This document shows positions 24,672 to 35,325 of a stretch of DNA of 64,000 nucleotides, piece by piece. Source of the stretch: Patescibacteria group bacterium (lineage in GTDB: Bacteria > Patescibacteriota > UBA1384 > XYA2-FULL-43-10 > 1-14-0-10-43-13); contig JBAYHC010000001.1 in NCBI GenBank assembly GCA_041666325.1, positions 329,708-393,707 of the forward strand. The letters run 5' to 3'. The notes under the pieces were generated by a model. That model saw nothing but the letters and a program-made list of their open reading frames with translations. It was not told where the DNA came from and did no database searches. The first letter of the stretch is position 1. Each line of letters starts with the position of its first letter. A program made the position numbers and the translations under genes.

Positions 24672-26543
24672 TTAGGCGGCTTTCGTTTTTTGTTTTTGGC
24701 TTGGCGAAAAGAACTTAGTAAATTCTTCTGCATCAATTACTTCTTGGGCCAGCAAAGTATCAGCGATTTTTTGCATCGCATCCTTGTGAGCTCCGATAAC
24801 TTCATGGGCCTTCTTTTTGGCTTTGATGATAATACTAGAGACTTCTTCGTCGATTATGCTAGCAATCTTGTCGCTATAGTTGCGGTGCTCGGTATAATCT
24901 TTACCCAAAAACGGCATTTCTTCGTGGTGGCCATATGTTTGAGGACCCAAACGCTCACTCATACCATACTCCGTCACCATCTTTCGCGCCATGTCTGTAG
25001 CGCGCTTTAGATCGTTCTGTGCACCAGTTGTAACCTTCTCGCTACCGAAAAATTCTTCCTCCGCTGCTCGCCCACCCATAAGTGAAGCAATCTCATCCTG
25101 AAAACGAGCACGACTCTGGAGACGTCGATCCTCAGATGGCATATTCCAAGTATATCCCAATGCCATACCGCGAGAAATAATCGATATCTTCTGGACAGGA
25201 TCAGAGTTAGGTAAAACATGACTGACAACAGCATGACCGGCTTCGTGGTAAGCAGTGATCTTTCGCTCTTCGTCCGAGAGCATTCTTGATCGTCGCTCTG
25301 GTCCCATCATTACCTTTTCGATTGAACCACTCAATTCCTTCTGGCTGATTGTCTTCTTGCCCTCACGTGCAGCCAAAATTGCGGCTTCATTCATAAGATT
25401 GCGCAGGTCTGCCCCAGAGAAACCAGGAGTAGATGCAGCGATTTTTGTCAGGTCAACCCCAGATTCTATTGGCTTGTTCTTGGCGTGAACTTTTAGGATT
25501 GAAACACGCTCATTTCTGTCTGGAAGATCGATTACAACCTGACGGTCAAATCGACCAGGACGAAGTAGAGCTGGATCGAGAACGTCAGGGCGGTTTGTTG
25601 CAGCAACAACGATAACATTGTCATTAACGTCGAAACCGTCCATTTCAACCAATATTTGATTTAGAGTCTGCTCACGTTCATCGTGAGAACCACCGAGCCC
25701 AGCGCCGCGCTGGCGACCAATTGCGTCAAGCTCATCAATAAAGATGATGGCTGGAGCATTTCGTTTCGCCTTCAGGAAAAGATCGCGAACACGCGATGCA
25801 CCAACCCCGACAAACATCTCCACAAACTCGGAAGCCGAAATGGAAAAGAACGGCACTCCTGCTTCTCCTGCCACTGCCCGTGCCAGCAAGGTCTTGCCTG
25901 TTCCTGGGGGCCCCACAAGCAAAACTCCGCGAGGGATCTCTGCTCCCAAATCACGAAACTTCTTTGGGCTCTTCAGGAAATCAACAACCTCGATTAACTC
26001 TTGCTTTGGTTCGATCAATCCGGCAACCTCCTTAAATGTAACACGATTGTTACCCATAAAAAGTCTGGCTGTCGATTTGCCGAAACCGAATGCACGATTG
26101 TTGGCCCCTTGGGCTGAGCGCATCATGAACCAAATAAAACCACCGATCAAAAGAACTGGTAAAACCAAGGACAATATGGACATCCACGCTTCGGAACCAG
26201 AGGTATCCTGTACGTCTATCTTGGTTTTATCAGGTGTAATACCGTACTGGGTTAGGCTTATGCCAGCTTCTTTTGTCGATTGAACCTTTGTCCCGTCTTT
26301 TTGTATTGCCACAATCTGATTGTCTCGAACTGTTACTTCCTGGATATTACCATCTGCAACACCGCGCGATATCTCCGAAAGCGGCACCTGTTTCACGTCG
26401 CTCTGCCGCATAGAAATAACGCCACTGATAAACGAAATTGCGAGCATTAATATAATAGAATATATTATTGTCTTCGTAAGATTTATCTTCATAAGTCTCC
26501 AATAAAAAAATGCATAGCTACTAATTATACCAGTAGCGAACAA
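24672..26543 (-). CDS. ftsH: ATP-dependent zinc metalloprotease FtsH
   Basis: Two N-terminal TMs, AAA Walker A GPPGTGKT, Walker [18 protein letters not shown] zinc motif; the likely true start is the internal Met at 26492 (GGAGA RBS). Confidence 0.9.
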   Translation of the reverse strand: MFATGIISSYAFFYWRLMKINLTKTIIYSIILMLAISFISGVISMRQSDVKQVPLSEISRGVADGNIQEVTVRDNQIVAIQKDGTKVQSTKEAGISLTQYGITPDKTKIDVQDTSGSEAWMSILSLVLPVLLIGGFIWFMMRSAQGANNRAFGFGKSTARLFMGNNRVTFKEVAGLIEPKQELIEVVDFLKSPKKFRDLGAEIPRGVLLVGPPGTGKTLLARAVAGEAGVPFFSISASEFVEMFVGVGASRVRDLFLKAKRNAPAIIFIDELDAIGRQRGAGLGGSHDEREQTLNQILVEMDGFDVNDNVIVVAATNRPDVLDPALLRPGRFDRQVVIDLPDRNERVSILKVHAKNKPIESGVDLTKIAASTPGFSGADLRNLMNEAAILAAREGKKTISQKELSGSIEKVMMGPERRSRMLSDEERKITAYHEAGHAVVSHVLPNSDPVQKISIISRGMALGYTWNMPSEDRRLQSRARFQDEIASLMGGRAAEEEFFGSEKVTTGAQNDLKRATDMARKMVTEYGMSERLGPQTYGHHEEMPFLGKDYTEHRNYSDKIASIIDEEVSSIIIKAKKKAHEVIGAHKDAMQKIADTLLAQEVIDAEEFTKFFSPSQKQKTKAA

Positions 26544-26636
26544 GCGAATCTACCAGTGAAGTACTTCGGTCAATTCGCCATTTCCGACTCCACTTTTGGG
26601 TTCGGAATACCAGCACTCCCGTGATTTTGGTGAGAG

Positions 26637-27629
26637 CTACCTGGACGCTTCTGGTCTGGACACAATAATTGTACCATCTCGGAGCTCAATGCGCAACGAA
26701 TGGGGTAGAAGCTTATATTTGCCGCCCGACCCCTTGTTGATGATCGAAAATACTTCATCAAGATGCGTAATTGTGATATCCTGCAGACTCCCTACCTTAG
26801 AGATTGCTCGCCGCACAGACAACCTTTGCAGCGAGGAGGGGAGTTCAAGTAATTTTTGGCGCGAAATAATCACATTGTTGAGGGATTCGGAAATTAGCAA
26901 TTTTTTGTAGTGGCTCTCTGCCAGTTCCTCCAACAGAGAATAATCTTCATCTATTGTCCTCACTGCGGAGCCAGCAGTCTCGATAAAATTCGGATTGATC
27001 TCCAAGAGAAGCGGCAAAATCCTGTGCCTGATAAAATTTCTAGTATAACGAATGTCCTGATTAGATTCATCTGTCCGCCACGAAAGCCCTTCACTCTTGA
27101 GGAAGCCCTCAATTTCAGAACGTGAAAAGGGGAGTAGGGGACGGATAAAAAAATCTCGGTGCAGGGGAATGGAGCGGAGTCCGGAAAGACCGGCACCACG
27201 AACAAATCGTTGCAAGAAGGTTTCGATTAAATCGTTTGCATTATGTGCAATTGCAACCTTGGCTCCCCTTCTCTCCCCCACAATTTTTTCAAAAAAGACG
27301 TAGCGAGCACTCCTTGCCTCCTCCTCGTTTTTGAAGGAGTTGTCACTGGGGGCCTCCCCTGTCAATAGTTCAATCCCCCACTGTGAAGTTAATTTTTGGA
27401 CAAATAATTTATCTTGCTCGCTCGCCTCCCCTCTCAACCGATGGTCAAAGTGTGCAGCCAAAACGCTAAAACCCATAACATCTTTCAACTGATCTAATAC
27501 ACTGAGCAAGCAAACAGAGTCTGCTCCTCCGCTAACAGCAACAATAATAGAATCTCCTGGCGCAATCAGCCCGTTTTCTTCGATCACCTTCTGTGTGCGA
27601 TATAGTAATGATTTTTGAGATAACTTCAT
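26637..27629 (-). CDS. tilS: tRNA(Ile)-lysidine synthetase TilS
   Basis: PP-loop SGGADS at the N-terminus, N-type ATP pyrophosphatase fold, TilS length and organisation. Confidence 0.85.
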   Translation of the reverse strand: MKLSQKSLLYRTQKVIEENGLIAPGDSIIVAVSGGADSVCLLSVLDQLKDVMGFSVLAAHFDHRLRGEASEQDKLFVQKLTSQWGIELLTGEAPSDNSFKNEEEARSARYVFFEKIVGERRGAKVAIAHNANDLIETFLQRFVRGAGLSGLRSIPLHRDFFIRPLLPFSRSEIEGFLKSEGLSWRTDESNQDIRYTRNFIRHRILPLLLEINPNFIETAGSAVRTIDEDYSLLEELAESHYKKLLISESLNNVIISRQKLLELPSSLQRLSVRRAISKVGSLQDITITHLDEVFSIINKGSGGKYKLLPHSLRIELRDGTIIVSRPEASR

Positions 27630-27807
27630 ATTATTAGTTTAGTCTACTTTACAAAAAAATCGAGCCTCGCTCGACATATCCAAATCAACGTTAAACAAGT
27701 AAATGCACAATCAATATCGCAACGACTTTTCGTACAATGTGTGCCCGCACACCTACAGGCCGAAAATTTTGGTAGGACGCTAAGCGTTCTGATCACCACG
27801 CTTAGCG

Positions 27808-27884
27808 TGGTAGCAGGGGTGGGGATCGAACCCACGACCTTAGGTTTATGAATCCTATGCTCTGACCAACTGAGCTACCCTGCC
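27808..27884 (-). tRNA. tRNA with CAU anticodon, most likely elongator tRNA-Met
   Basis: 77-nt cloverleaf GGCAGGG..CCCTGCT-A-CCA, anticodon loop TTCATAA, elongator-Met-like D-arm TAGCTCAGTTGGTCAGAGCA; lacks the C4-G69/C5-G68 pairs seen in the 33044 tRNA. Confidence 0.8.
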
Positions 27885-28058
27885 ATAAACTAAAAAATTC
27901 CAACTTCCAAGAAACAATAACCAAATAAATTTAAAACCTCAAGAACTAATTACCAAACAGCCTGAGTATTTGAAAATTGGTTATTGAGATTTATTTGGAG
28001 CTTGCAACTTGGTTATCGGAACCTACCAAAGTTTATTCTCTATGATTAAAGAACAAGC

Positions 28059-28082
28059 TTTGGTAGCGGGGGCAGGATTTTC
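28059..28082 (-). repeat. Exact 21-22 nt duplicate of the 3' end (T-arm/acceptor/CCA) of the adjacent tRNA-fMet
   Basis: ttggtagcgggggcaggattt occurs at 28061-28081 and again at 28193-28213, which is the tRNA 3' end. Confidence 0.7.
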
Positions 28083-28194
28083 ACCGCGCTTCGCTTTTAG
28101 AAACCCACGGTTTCTAATCTCTTCCTCACGCGGGAAACCCAGGTTTCCCGACCCCTTCCTCGGCTCAAATCCTACTTCCGCATTTTATATCTTT

Positions 28195-28271
<77 letters not shown>

Positions 28272-28344
28272 ATACTCGTCCACAATAGCACAATCGCCAG
28301 TAATGTTCAAGCGGAAGAGGGCTTCGGCAGAATAAAGCGGAAGA

Positions 28345-28752
28345 TTAATCGAAGAAGTAGGACCACCAAAGACGGTAGTTGGGGATCTTGATCCTAACCT
28401 CGCCCAATGCCTCATCAACCACCTTCTCCTCTGGCCTGTCTAACGGCAAGCTCAAAACATTTTCTCCGGGAGCTTTAAATCCCAACTTCTCTCGCGCCTC
28501 TTTCTCCTTGAAAGATTTGGTCTGAAAATAATTAATCTGATGTCTCATGTAGTCTATTTCGCCTGCAAGGCTCTCTACCTTCCCCTCTTCAATATCAATT
28601 GCCTTGTTCGAGTTATTGTTGCTCCACGTTGTGCGCCCAACAATAAACAAGAAATAGATTATCAACAAAAATAGAATGAAGCTCGTCAAAGTCATTGGCA
28701 ATATATGCTCGATTTTGGCTTTGGCTTTTTCTAGAAAACTGCCAGATCTCAT
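28345..28752 (-). CDS. FtsB/DivIC-like septum formation initiator
   Basis: N-terminal TM then coiled-coil (EGKVESLAGEIDYMRHQINYFQTK..) typical of the FtsB/FtsL/DivIC family. Confidence 0.55.
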   Translation of the reverse strand: MRSGSFLEKAKAKIEHILPMTLTSFILFLLIIYFLFIVGRTTWSNNNSNKAIDIEEGKVESLAGEIDYMRHQINYFQTKSFKEKEAREKLGFKAPGENVLSLPLDRPEEKVVDEALGEVRIKIPNYRLWWSYFFD

Positions 28753-28808
28753 ATGTGTCCAATAGCTTAGAATAATGATAAACAGAAAATATTAATTTCA
28801 ATTATACA

Positions 28809-28838
28809 GAAAATCCCCCGTTTTCACGAGGGATTTTC
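28809..28838 (-). terminator. Hairpin (GAAAATCCC/GGGATTTTC, 9 bp) downstream of the surface-protein gene
   Basis: Perfect 9-bp stem with a 12-nt loop followed by U-rich sequence on the minus strand. Confidence 0.45.
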
Positions 28839-28859
28839 CTTTTCTGTCTGTAACTGATA

Positions 28860-31850
28860 CTACCAACGCTTAGATCGCTTGTTGGTTGGCTTCTTTTTAA
28901 CAGCCGTTTTGACTGATTCTTTTGGTTCTGCTTTTGGTTCCTTGACCGTGGCAGCCGGGGCCACTACCTCTTCCTCATCACCGAACCAGTAGAAATATGC
29001 GCCAGTGGCAGCACCCGTAAGAAGGATGAGAATGAAGAGGATAATCCACGGCGTCCAATTTATCTTGCCTTCATTGCCCTCATCATCACCCTTGATGATT
29101 CCGGCGTCATCGCCTGTCTTCTCATCGCCAGCTTTCTCTTGCGGCTGAGTCTCTTCTGGCTTCTGCTCCACGGAAGGCTGCTGAGCCTTTGATCTTGATG
29201 GTGCAGCCGGAGCCGCAACAACGCTTTCTGCCGTGACAGTTGTAGCAGCTGTTGACTGTGAAACAATCTCAACAAACTCTACCGTCTTGACCGCACTCTT
29301 ACTAACCTCACTTCCCCGCCATGCTTCAACACGTACATCATACTTACCGTTCTCTAAAACTTTAATCTCACTCGCATAAGAAACTCCACTGTCATCACCA
29401 GAAGCAGCAATAGTGCCAGCATTCGCTCCATTAACAACAATAATATACTTCTCGACACCACGATCAACACCCTTCCACTCCACTCTGATGTACTTGTTAC
29501 TATCTCTGGTCAGGGTCGTTGCCGTAACATCTGGTGCTGGAAGCGCAACCAAAGTCTGATTGTAGGTTACGAATCTGGTAAAATGCTTTGTCCAAACAAC
29601 CAAGTCGTTGCCTGAGTTACCCTTACACTCACCGTTTCCGGTAATTGTTGGGGCGGTTAAACTGTCGCAAAAGGCAGAGATAAGAGTGAAAACACTTCCT
29701 CTCTGGAAGCCCAAGCTTTTTCCTGCCTGGCCACCGAATACTATTTTCACTGGAACGCTGAACGTTAAGCTACTGTCACCTGCCCCAATCTCGTATACGT
29801 TAATATTTGCAGCTTGCAGATTCGTATCAACGACTGGGCTAATTCCGTCTGTTGGTTTGACCTGTGCAAGATTGATAATACCATTCCAGTTTCCTGGTCC
29901 AGTAATAACTGTCCCGGCAGGAATTGTAACCTGTATGGTTCCGCTAGCCGTCTCAGTATTAATGGTAAGGCTTGAACCGGACGGAATAGTTACAACTTTA
30001 TTCTCACCAGAGATCTGCAAGAAGGCGGACAAATTAAGTGTGCCATTGTTTACGGAACTCGGAACATTAACTGTTACATTGCCTTCAATATTGGAAGGAA
30101 CAATTACTTCTGGTGTTGTTGAGGTAACATTCGTTGTTGCCCCCGCTACGATCTGGGTGGACTTAGGAGTAACAGTAACTGTTCTTGTAACTGGATCAGC
30201 AACATTTCCTGCAGCATCACTAACATTGTATGAAATGGTCTGCTGCCCAACCATGAAGGTGTTTACGCTTCCGGTCTTCACAACACTCGCGGTTATGTTG
30301 CCACCAACAACATCCAATGCGCTCACACCTGAATCGTTATATGTGCTGCCGAATTCAGCACTGAGTGATACCGGTGAAACCGAGATGACTGGCTTCACAG
30401 TATCAATAATAAGTTCATTAACAGTGGTATCTGTTCCAATGTTACCGAGGGCATCAGTTGCGGTCGCAACAATATTATAAATCCCATCAGCCAAAGCACT
30501 TGTTACTGTGCTACCCCAGGTCACCCCAGAAATAGCGGCAGGGTAATCACTTCCACCGACGCTTACAGATAGTGTGGATGCTGGATCATTGATGGTTCCG
30601 CCCAGATCTGGCGTCACATCATTGGTGTTGAGTGTATTTACTGTGACAAACGGCTCCGCTGTATCAACAGCAATGGTTAATGCGCTTTCGTTGGCAACCA
30701 TAACATTTCCAGCAATATCACTTGCACCAGTAATTGAAACAGCCGCATTAGCATTTTCGTTGTTGTCAGGCAAATCAAAAGTTCCAACCCAAGTAGTGTT
30801 GTCAAAGGCAATTTTACTCACTGAAATCGGAGAACCTACAATCCCGCTGATGACTACCTCCGGATCAACAGATGTGTTCATGGTCTCACTGAAAGACGCA
30901 ACTATCGTAATGCTCTCAGCACTAGATGGATTAGGAGAAGCAACAGCGCTCGTAACAAGGGGTTTGATTCCGTCAGATGAGACAATTGGACCGGCGGCCG
31001 TAATGTCATTACCAGCTAAGTCCTTGATGTCTCCGAAAAACGTAACAAGAGGAGCTTCCCCGCCCATAAGTGAATCGACTGCAAGCTGAACAACGCCCGG
31101 TGCAATCTCGCTAGCAGCAGATACTGTATGGCCAGAGACAAGAAATTCATTTCCGCTTGAATTAACAGTCGAGCCGTTCAAATCTTCTGAAAAAGCTACT
31201 TCCATGGTTGTTGTTGTTTTTGTCTGAGCCGAAACTAACAACGGTGCATGAGCGTCAACAGCTGGTGTGGAGCTAGCACTAGGAGCTGTTACGAAGGCAG
31301 TGTTAACAGGATTAACCCCGTCAGACATAACAACACTCACTGGAATGGTTGCTGTGTCGGCAACATCATTATTTCCTGATTCTATGATGTAGGCAACTGT
31401 ATAAGTATTGTCTCCGTTGTCAACAAGAGTGCTAGTAACATCAATTCCATTCACAGAAATCGCGCCACCAGTATACCCTGTCGCGTCTGCATTGATCGTC
31501 ATTGTGATAGTGTCACCAATACCTTGAACACCTGATGTTGGTGCAAAAGCCACAGATGAAATCGTTGGCGTTGCGGCGTAAGCATGGCCGGGATCAGATA
31601 ATCCGCCGACTGACCAAACTGGCACAAGCAATGACCATACAGCCAGATAGACCATGCACCGCTTAAAAAATAACTTCATATTCTTAACTCCGTAATTTAT
31701 AGTATTAAAATTATCTTGTAGAGGATCGACCTTCGAATTAATATTTAGATCGAACAGCCAACTTTTAGTCTTATTCTCATTCCCTCCCAAAGAGCCGCAA
31801 GAACAAGCGGGTCCACTAAAATGCTGCCCTATGGCAAGAAACTGATGCAA
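28860..31850 (-). CDS. Large surface protein with a signal peptide, several Ig-like/Big domains and a C-terminal TM anchor with basic tail
   Basis: Likely true start is the Met at 31679 (GGAG RBS; MKLFFKRCMVYLAVWSLLVPVWS signal peptide); C-terminus WTPWIILFILILLTGAATGAYFYWF + KKKPTNKRSKRW; Thr/Val/Ser-rich beta-sandwich repeats. Confidence 0.7.
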   Translation of the reverse strand: MHQFLAIGQHFSGPACSCGSLGGNENKTKSWLFDLNINSKVDPLQDNFNTINYGVKNMKLFFKRCMVYLAVWSLLVPVWSVGGLSDPGHAYAATPTISSVAFAPTSGVQGIGDTITMTINADATGYTGGAISVNGIDVTSTLVDNGDNTYTVAYIIESGNNDVADTATIPVSVVMSDGVNPVNTAFVTAPSASSTPAVDAHAPLLVSAQTKTTTTMEVAFSEDLNGSTVNSSGNEFLVSGHTVSAASEIAPGVVQLAVDSLMGGEAPLVTFFGDIKDLAGNDITAAGPIVSSDGIKPLVTSAVASPNPSSAESITIVASFSETMNTSVDPEVVISGIVGSPISVSKIAFDNTTWVGTFDLPDNNENANAAVSITGASDIAGNVMVANESALTIAVDTAEPFVTVNTLNTNDVTPDLGGTINDPASTLSVSVGGSDYPAAISGVTWGSTVTSALADGIYNIVATATDALGNIGTDTTVNELIIDTVKPVISVSPVSLSAEFGSTYNDSGVSALDVVGGNITASVVKTGSVNTFMVGQQTISYNVSDAAGNVADPVTRTVTVTPKSTQIVAGATTNVTSTTPEVIVPSNIEGNVTVNVPSSVNNGTLNLSAFLQISGENKVVTIPSGSSLTINTETASGTIQVTIPAGTVITGPGNWNGIINLAQVKPTDGISPVVDTNLQAANINVYEIGAGDSSLTFSVPVKIVFGGQAGKSLGFQRGSVFTLISAFCDSLTAPTITGNGECKGNSGNDLVVWTKHFTRFVTYNQTLVALPAPDVTATTLTRDSNKYIRVEWKGVDRGVEKYIIVVNGANAGTIAASGDDSGVSYASEIKVLENGKYDVRVEAWRGSEVSKSAVKTVEFVEIVSQSTAATTVTAESVVAAPAAPSRSKAQQPSVEQKPEETQPQEKAGDEKTGDDAGIIKGDDEGNEGKINWTPWIILFILILLTGAATGAYFYWFGDEEEVVAPAATVKEPKAEPKESVKTAVKKKPTNKRSKRW

Positions 31851-32156
31851 CTAAAGATTGGCACACCAAAGTGAGTACAATTCCCCCAAACGGAAAAAAC
31901 ATAGTCTCGAGCCCAACAATGTGGGCTTAAGTGGTTGCCATCCATAACCAGCATGATAGTATTTCATACTTTATCATACTTTTTGGTCATAAACGGCTGT
32001 GTTACGAGTCCAAGCTTAACACCCGAGCGAAAGGGCTGTCAACAACTTATTTTATGTAGTATTGGAAACAATTAATTTAGTTATCCACAGCCAGAAATAT
32101 TATTTTGTGCGCAGTGTGTGTCACAAACTTTCACACTCGAGAACGATTTAGAACAC

Positions 32157-32747
32157 TTAAAAGATAAACGACCTCTTGATCTTGCTGATAATTCGATTTG
32201 TTATAGTTTTTTTGCGGCCGAACATATTCGTAACAACCGTAGTCTCCCGCACTTGTTCGCCTTCTTTAAATTCACCTTTCACAATACCAACACCAATATC
32301 ATCGAATTCGGGGCTAAGAATATTATCGCGATGCGCCGGAGAGTCCATCCAGGCATTCACAACTCCCTCAGAGGTCCTGAAATCCATGGCAAGATTCTCA
32401 CCCGCATAAGCATAGTCGTAACCAAGATTTTGCATAAAATCCCAGGGCGAGACGCCGAATGCATAGTGCTCAAAGTAATCTCGATTAATCATATCACGGG
32501 ATTTGAGTGATGCGGCGCTTCCAAGATCAGAGTCAGTTTTCAGCGGCTTTAGCCCATGCTGCCCACGCTCGATATTGATGAGACTAACTATTTTTCCCTC
32601 CGTGATTGGCGAAGCCTTCACACTGCCAGCAACTGCGAACAGAGCAACGGCCACTCCTGCGATAACAATTCTCGTCGTTGTATATAGAGAAAAAGAAAAT
32701 AGGACAGAGTGTTCAAGCGGGTCATTATTTTTGTAATATTTTTTCAT
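32157..32747 (-). CDS. CAP/SCP/PR-1 superfamily secreted protein
   Basis: CAP motifs HYTQVVW-like (HYAFGVSPWDFMQ), GENLAMDF, AWMDSPAHRDNIL; N-terminal signal/TM. Confidence 0.7.
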   Translation of the reverse strand: MKKYYKNNDPLEHSVLFSFSLYTTTRIVIAGVAVALFAVAGSVKASPITEGKIVSLINIERGQHGLKPLKTDSDLGSAASLKSRDMINRDYFEHYAFGVSPWDFMQNLGYDYAYAGENLAMDFRTSEGVVNAWMDSPAHRDNILSPEFDDIGVGIVKGEFKEGEQVRETTVVTNMFGRKKTITNRIISKIKRSFIF

Positions 32748-33043
32748 AAGTTTTTGAAATTAGATTAGTTTATCACTAATACCATCTTTTGTCAATAGTA
32801 TAACCGCTAATAGTGGCCGCAAACTGTCTTGCAATGAAACAAAAGATCAACACCCTGTCCTACTTGACAGTGATACCGATAAATCATTTATTACGGTTGC
32901 GAATTAACCTTAATCTTGATATACTTTTAGTTGTTAAACTTGAAAAATGATTGACTCTGTTTTTTGCACGATGCAAGTAGCGCCGTGTTGCACAGCGCCA
33001 ACAAAACCACTTGGGTCGCAAAATGTTTATCGCCCGTCATCTC

Positions 33044-33119
33044 GGGCCCGTAGCTCAGCGGTTAGAGCAGCCGGCTCATAACCGGTAGGTCGCTGGTTCG
33101 ATCCCAGCCGGGCCCACCA
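33044..33119 (+). tRNA. tRNA with CAU anticodon, probable tRNA-Ile2 (lysidine, TilS substrate)
   Basis: 76-nt cloverleaf GGGCCCG..CGGGCCC-A-CCA, loop CTCATAA; C4-G69 and C5-G68 pairs and a D-arm TAGCTCAGCGGTTAGAGCAG resembling E. coli tRNA-Ile2. Confidence 0.8.
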
Positions 33120-33284
33120 AGTTTAGCGTTATGAAGTGGGTGCCCTGTGTCCTACCACGGTTAGACTCTCGATTATCTATTTTAGATGCTAGAATTGATG
33201 TGCTTCACCTATTCAATGTTCCATGCTCTAATCTCGATCGAAAATCTAACTTCAAAATCAAAATTCTATTGATATGAGGGGAAG

Positions 33285-34727
33285 GTGGAAGCACAAGACG
33301 AGATCAGAAAAATTGAAAAGAAACCTCGCTCGCTCTTTTTAGGACTGTTTTTCGTTGTACTGCTTATCAGTGCTGCTGCAAGCAGTCTTTTTTGTTACCA
33401 GTATGTCTATGCCGAAAAGATTTATCCCAACGTCTACCTGGGTGACAATCGTCTCTCTGGTTTAACAAAAAAACAGGCCTATTTCCTGCTTCAGAAGCAC
33501 TATGGCCAAATTCTTAATCGAGAGATCACCTTAATCGCAGGCAACAAAAAATCCACCATCAACTTGTCTAAAACAGGAATATCCTTTGATGTTAACCAGG
33601 TTATTAATGACGCTTATCAGGTTGGAAGAGCTGATGCTTGGGAAGATCAGCTTGTTGCTTCCAGCCAAACCTTATGGAAAAAGGAGGCTGTAGCGCCAAA
33701 ACCGAAGATCAATAAATCTGAGTTCGAAAGCTTCAAAGACCTAATAGTTGCTCAATTAAACCAAGAGTCCCGTGATGCAAGCCTTGAGATAAAAGATGGT
33801 GAGGTTGTCATCTCGCCAGAAATTGACGGGCAAGAAGTGGATATATCATCACTCGCGGATAGACTAGTTGCGGCTTTGGCAGATCCGTCCTTGGAATCGA
33901 TCTCCATTGAAGTAACGGCCAAAAAGGCAAAAGCAAGTTCGAAGGACTTCGGCCAGAGCGAAAAGTTCGCCAAAAATATTCTCGCTAAAAAAATTGATTT
34001 AACATACGAAAATTTCTCCTTCACCCCGAACAAAGAAGAGCTTTCGAGCTGGATACGGTTTGACAACAACGAAGGCAAGATTACGGCCGCGCTTGATGAC
34101 GACCAGATCAAAACATATCTAAACCAGATCTCTTCACGGTTTGAGATTCAAAAGGTCACCAAAAAAGTAAATGCTCTGGATGATAGTGTCATCGTAGAGG
34201 GCAAGGCGGGAAAATACCTAAACAAGGACGATGCCCTCAACAAGATAAAAGAAAGTATTAATAAAGATGGGGCTTCCTCCATTGCTCTCGTCACATACAC
34301 GCAGGAGCCATCGGTCGAAAAAGTAATACCTTCGGAAGGTCTCGTTCCCGGAAGATTCTCCGGAAAGTATATCGACGTCGACATAACACAGCAAAGACTT
34401 TGCCTTGTCGATGGCAGCAATATCGGTAATTGCTATGTCGTCTCGACAGGCAAGTGGTCAACCCCAACACCTACTGGCACCAGATTAACAGAAAACAAGA
34501 GCCCGAAAGCATGGTCTGCCAGATACGGGCTTTGGATGCCATGGTGGCAAGGTCTCGGTGGCGGCTACGGCATCCACGAGCTCCCCGAGTGGCCAAGCGG
34601 ATACAAAGAGGGCGAAAATCATCTCGGTACGCCAGTATCTCATGGCTGCATTCGACTCGGTGTTGGCTCAGCTGAAGAGGTTTACAACTGGGCTCCGGTT
34701 GGGACTCCGGTCTATATACACAAGTAG
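33285..34727 (+). CDS. L,D-transpeptidase (YkuD domain) with an N-terminal TM and putative peptidoglycan-binding repeats
   Basis: C-terminal catalytic HGCIRLG motif and YkuD fold signature; N-terminal TM; GTG start at 33285. Confidence 0.75.
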   Translation: MEAQDEIRKIEKKPRSLFLGLFFVVLLISAAASSLFCYQYVYAEKIYPNVYLGDNRLSGLTKKQAYFLLQKHYGQILNREITLIAGNKKSTINLSKTGISFDVNQVINDAYQVGRADAWEDQLVASSQTLWKKEAVAPKPKINKSEFESFKDLIVAQLNQESRDASLEIKDGEVVISPEIDGQEVDISSLADRLVAALADPSLESISIEVTAKKAKASSKDFGQSEKFAKNILAKKIDLTYENFSFTPNKEELSSWIRFDNNEGKITAALDDDQIKTYLNQISSRFEIQKVTKKVNALDDSVIVEGKAGKYLNKDDALNKIKESINKDGASSIALVTYTQEPSVEKVIPSEGLVPGRFSGKYIDVDITQQRLCLVDGSNIGNCYVVSTGKWSTPTPTGTRLTENKSPKAWSARYGLWMPWWQGLGGGYGIHELPEWPSGYKEGENHLGTPVSHGCIRLGVGSAEEVYNWAPVGTPVYIHK

Positions 34728-34763
34728 AGCCACTAAACTATTAACTCTTTGCGATCATTAGCA

Positions 34764-35273
34764 CTAACTGGCATTGACAAAGCAGCGCTTCTTATTTGTT
34801 GGATTGAGGTAACATAAATTGCCAGTATTGAAGAGATCAGTTGAATTTGTGAACTGTTCGCCATTTCCCACATCCGACTCAAGAGAGCTTGATAACTCGT
34901 AGTATGTGTATCCAGCATTGCCGCACCTCGCGATACCGGGACAATAACGCATTGCTTTGTCACTGGGATCAACCGGGAAGGATGAGAGCCAAGGCCGAAG
35001 GGATGTTCCCATTGACGTCCACCGAGCTCGTTCAGTGGCATCACCATTAGTTTGAGCCATGCCGTCTATTCCCTCAGCAGTCGCAGGGAAGTGATCGTTC
35101 TCAATTCTATACAGCCCAAGAGCAGAACCGACCTGCCTGACATTGGTCATGCGCTGAGAGTCACGTGCTCTGCCACGAGAGCTGTTGAGTGTGACAGTAA
35201 CAACAGTGGCCAAAATGCCAATAATAGCCACAACGACCAAGAGTTCAATTAGTGTAAATGCTCTCGCCTTCAT
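34764..35273 (-). CDS. Type IV pilin-like protein (class III signal peptide)
   Basis: MKARA|FTLIELLVVVAIIGILA prepilin leader with Glu+5; Ala at -1. Confidence 0.7.
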   Translation of the reverse strand: MKARAFTLIELLVVVAIIGILATVVTVTLNSSRGRARDSQRMTNVRQVGSALGLYRIENDHFPATAEGIDGMAQTNGDATERARWTSMGTSLRPWLSSFPVDPSDKAMRYCPGIARCGNAGYTYYELSSSLESDVGNGEQFTNSTDLFNTGNLCYLNPTNKKRCFVNAS

Positions 35274-35325
35274 TTTTCCGCCTATTATTAATTTCTAAAA
35301 TTTACGATCGATTGAAGGTCAAAAG

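Noticed and set aside
28083-28194. Intron or second tRNA between the tRNA-fMet and its 3'-end duplicate
   Set aside because: The interval does not fold into a cloverleaf (no D or anticodon arms) and is far too short for a group I intron. Only the last 21-22 nt of the tRNA are duplicated
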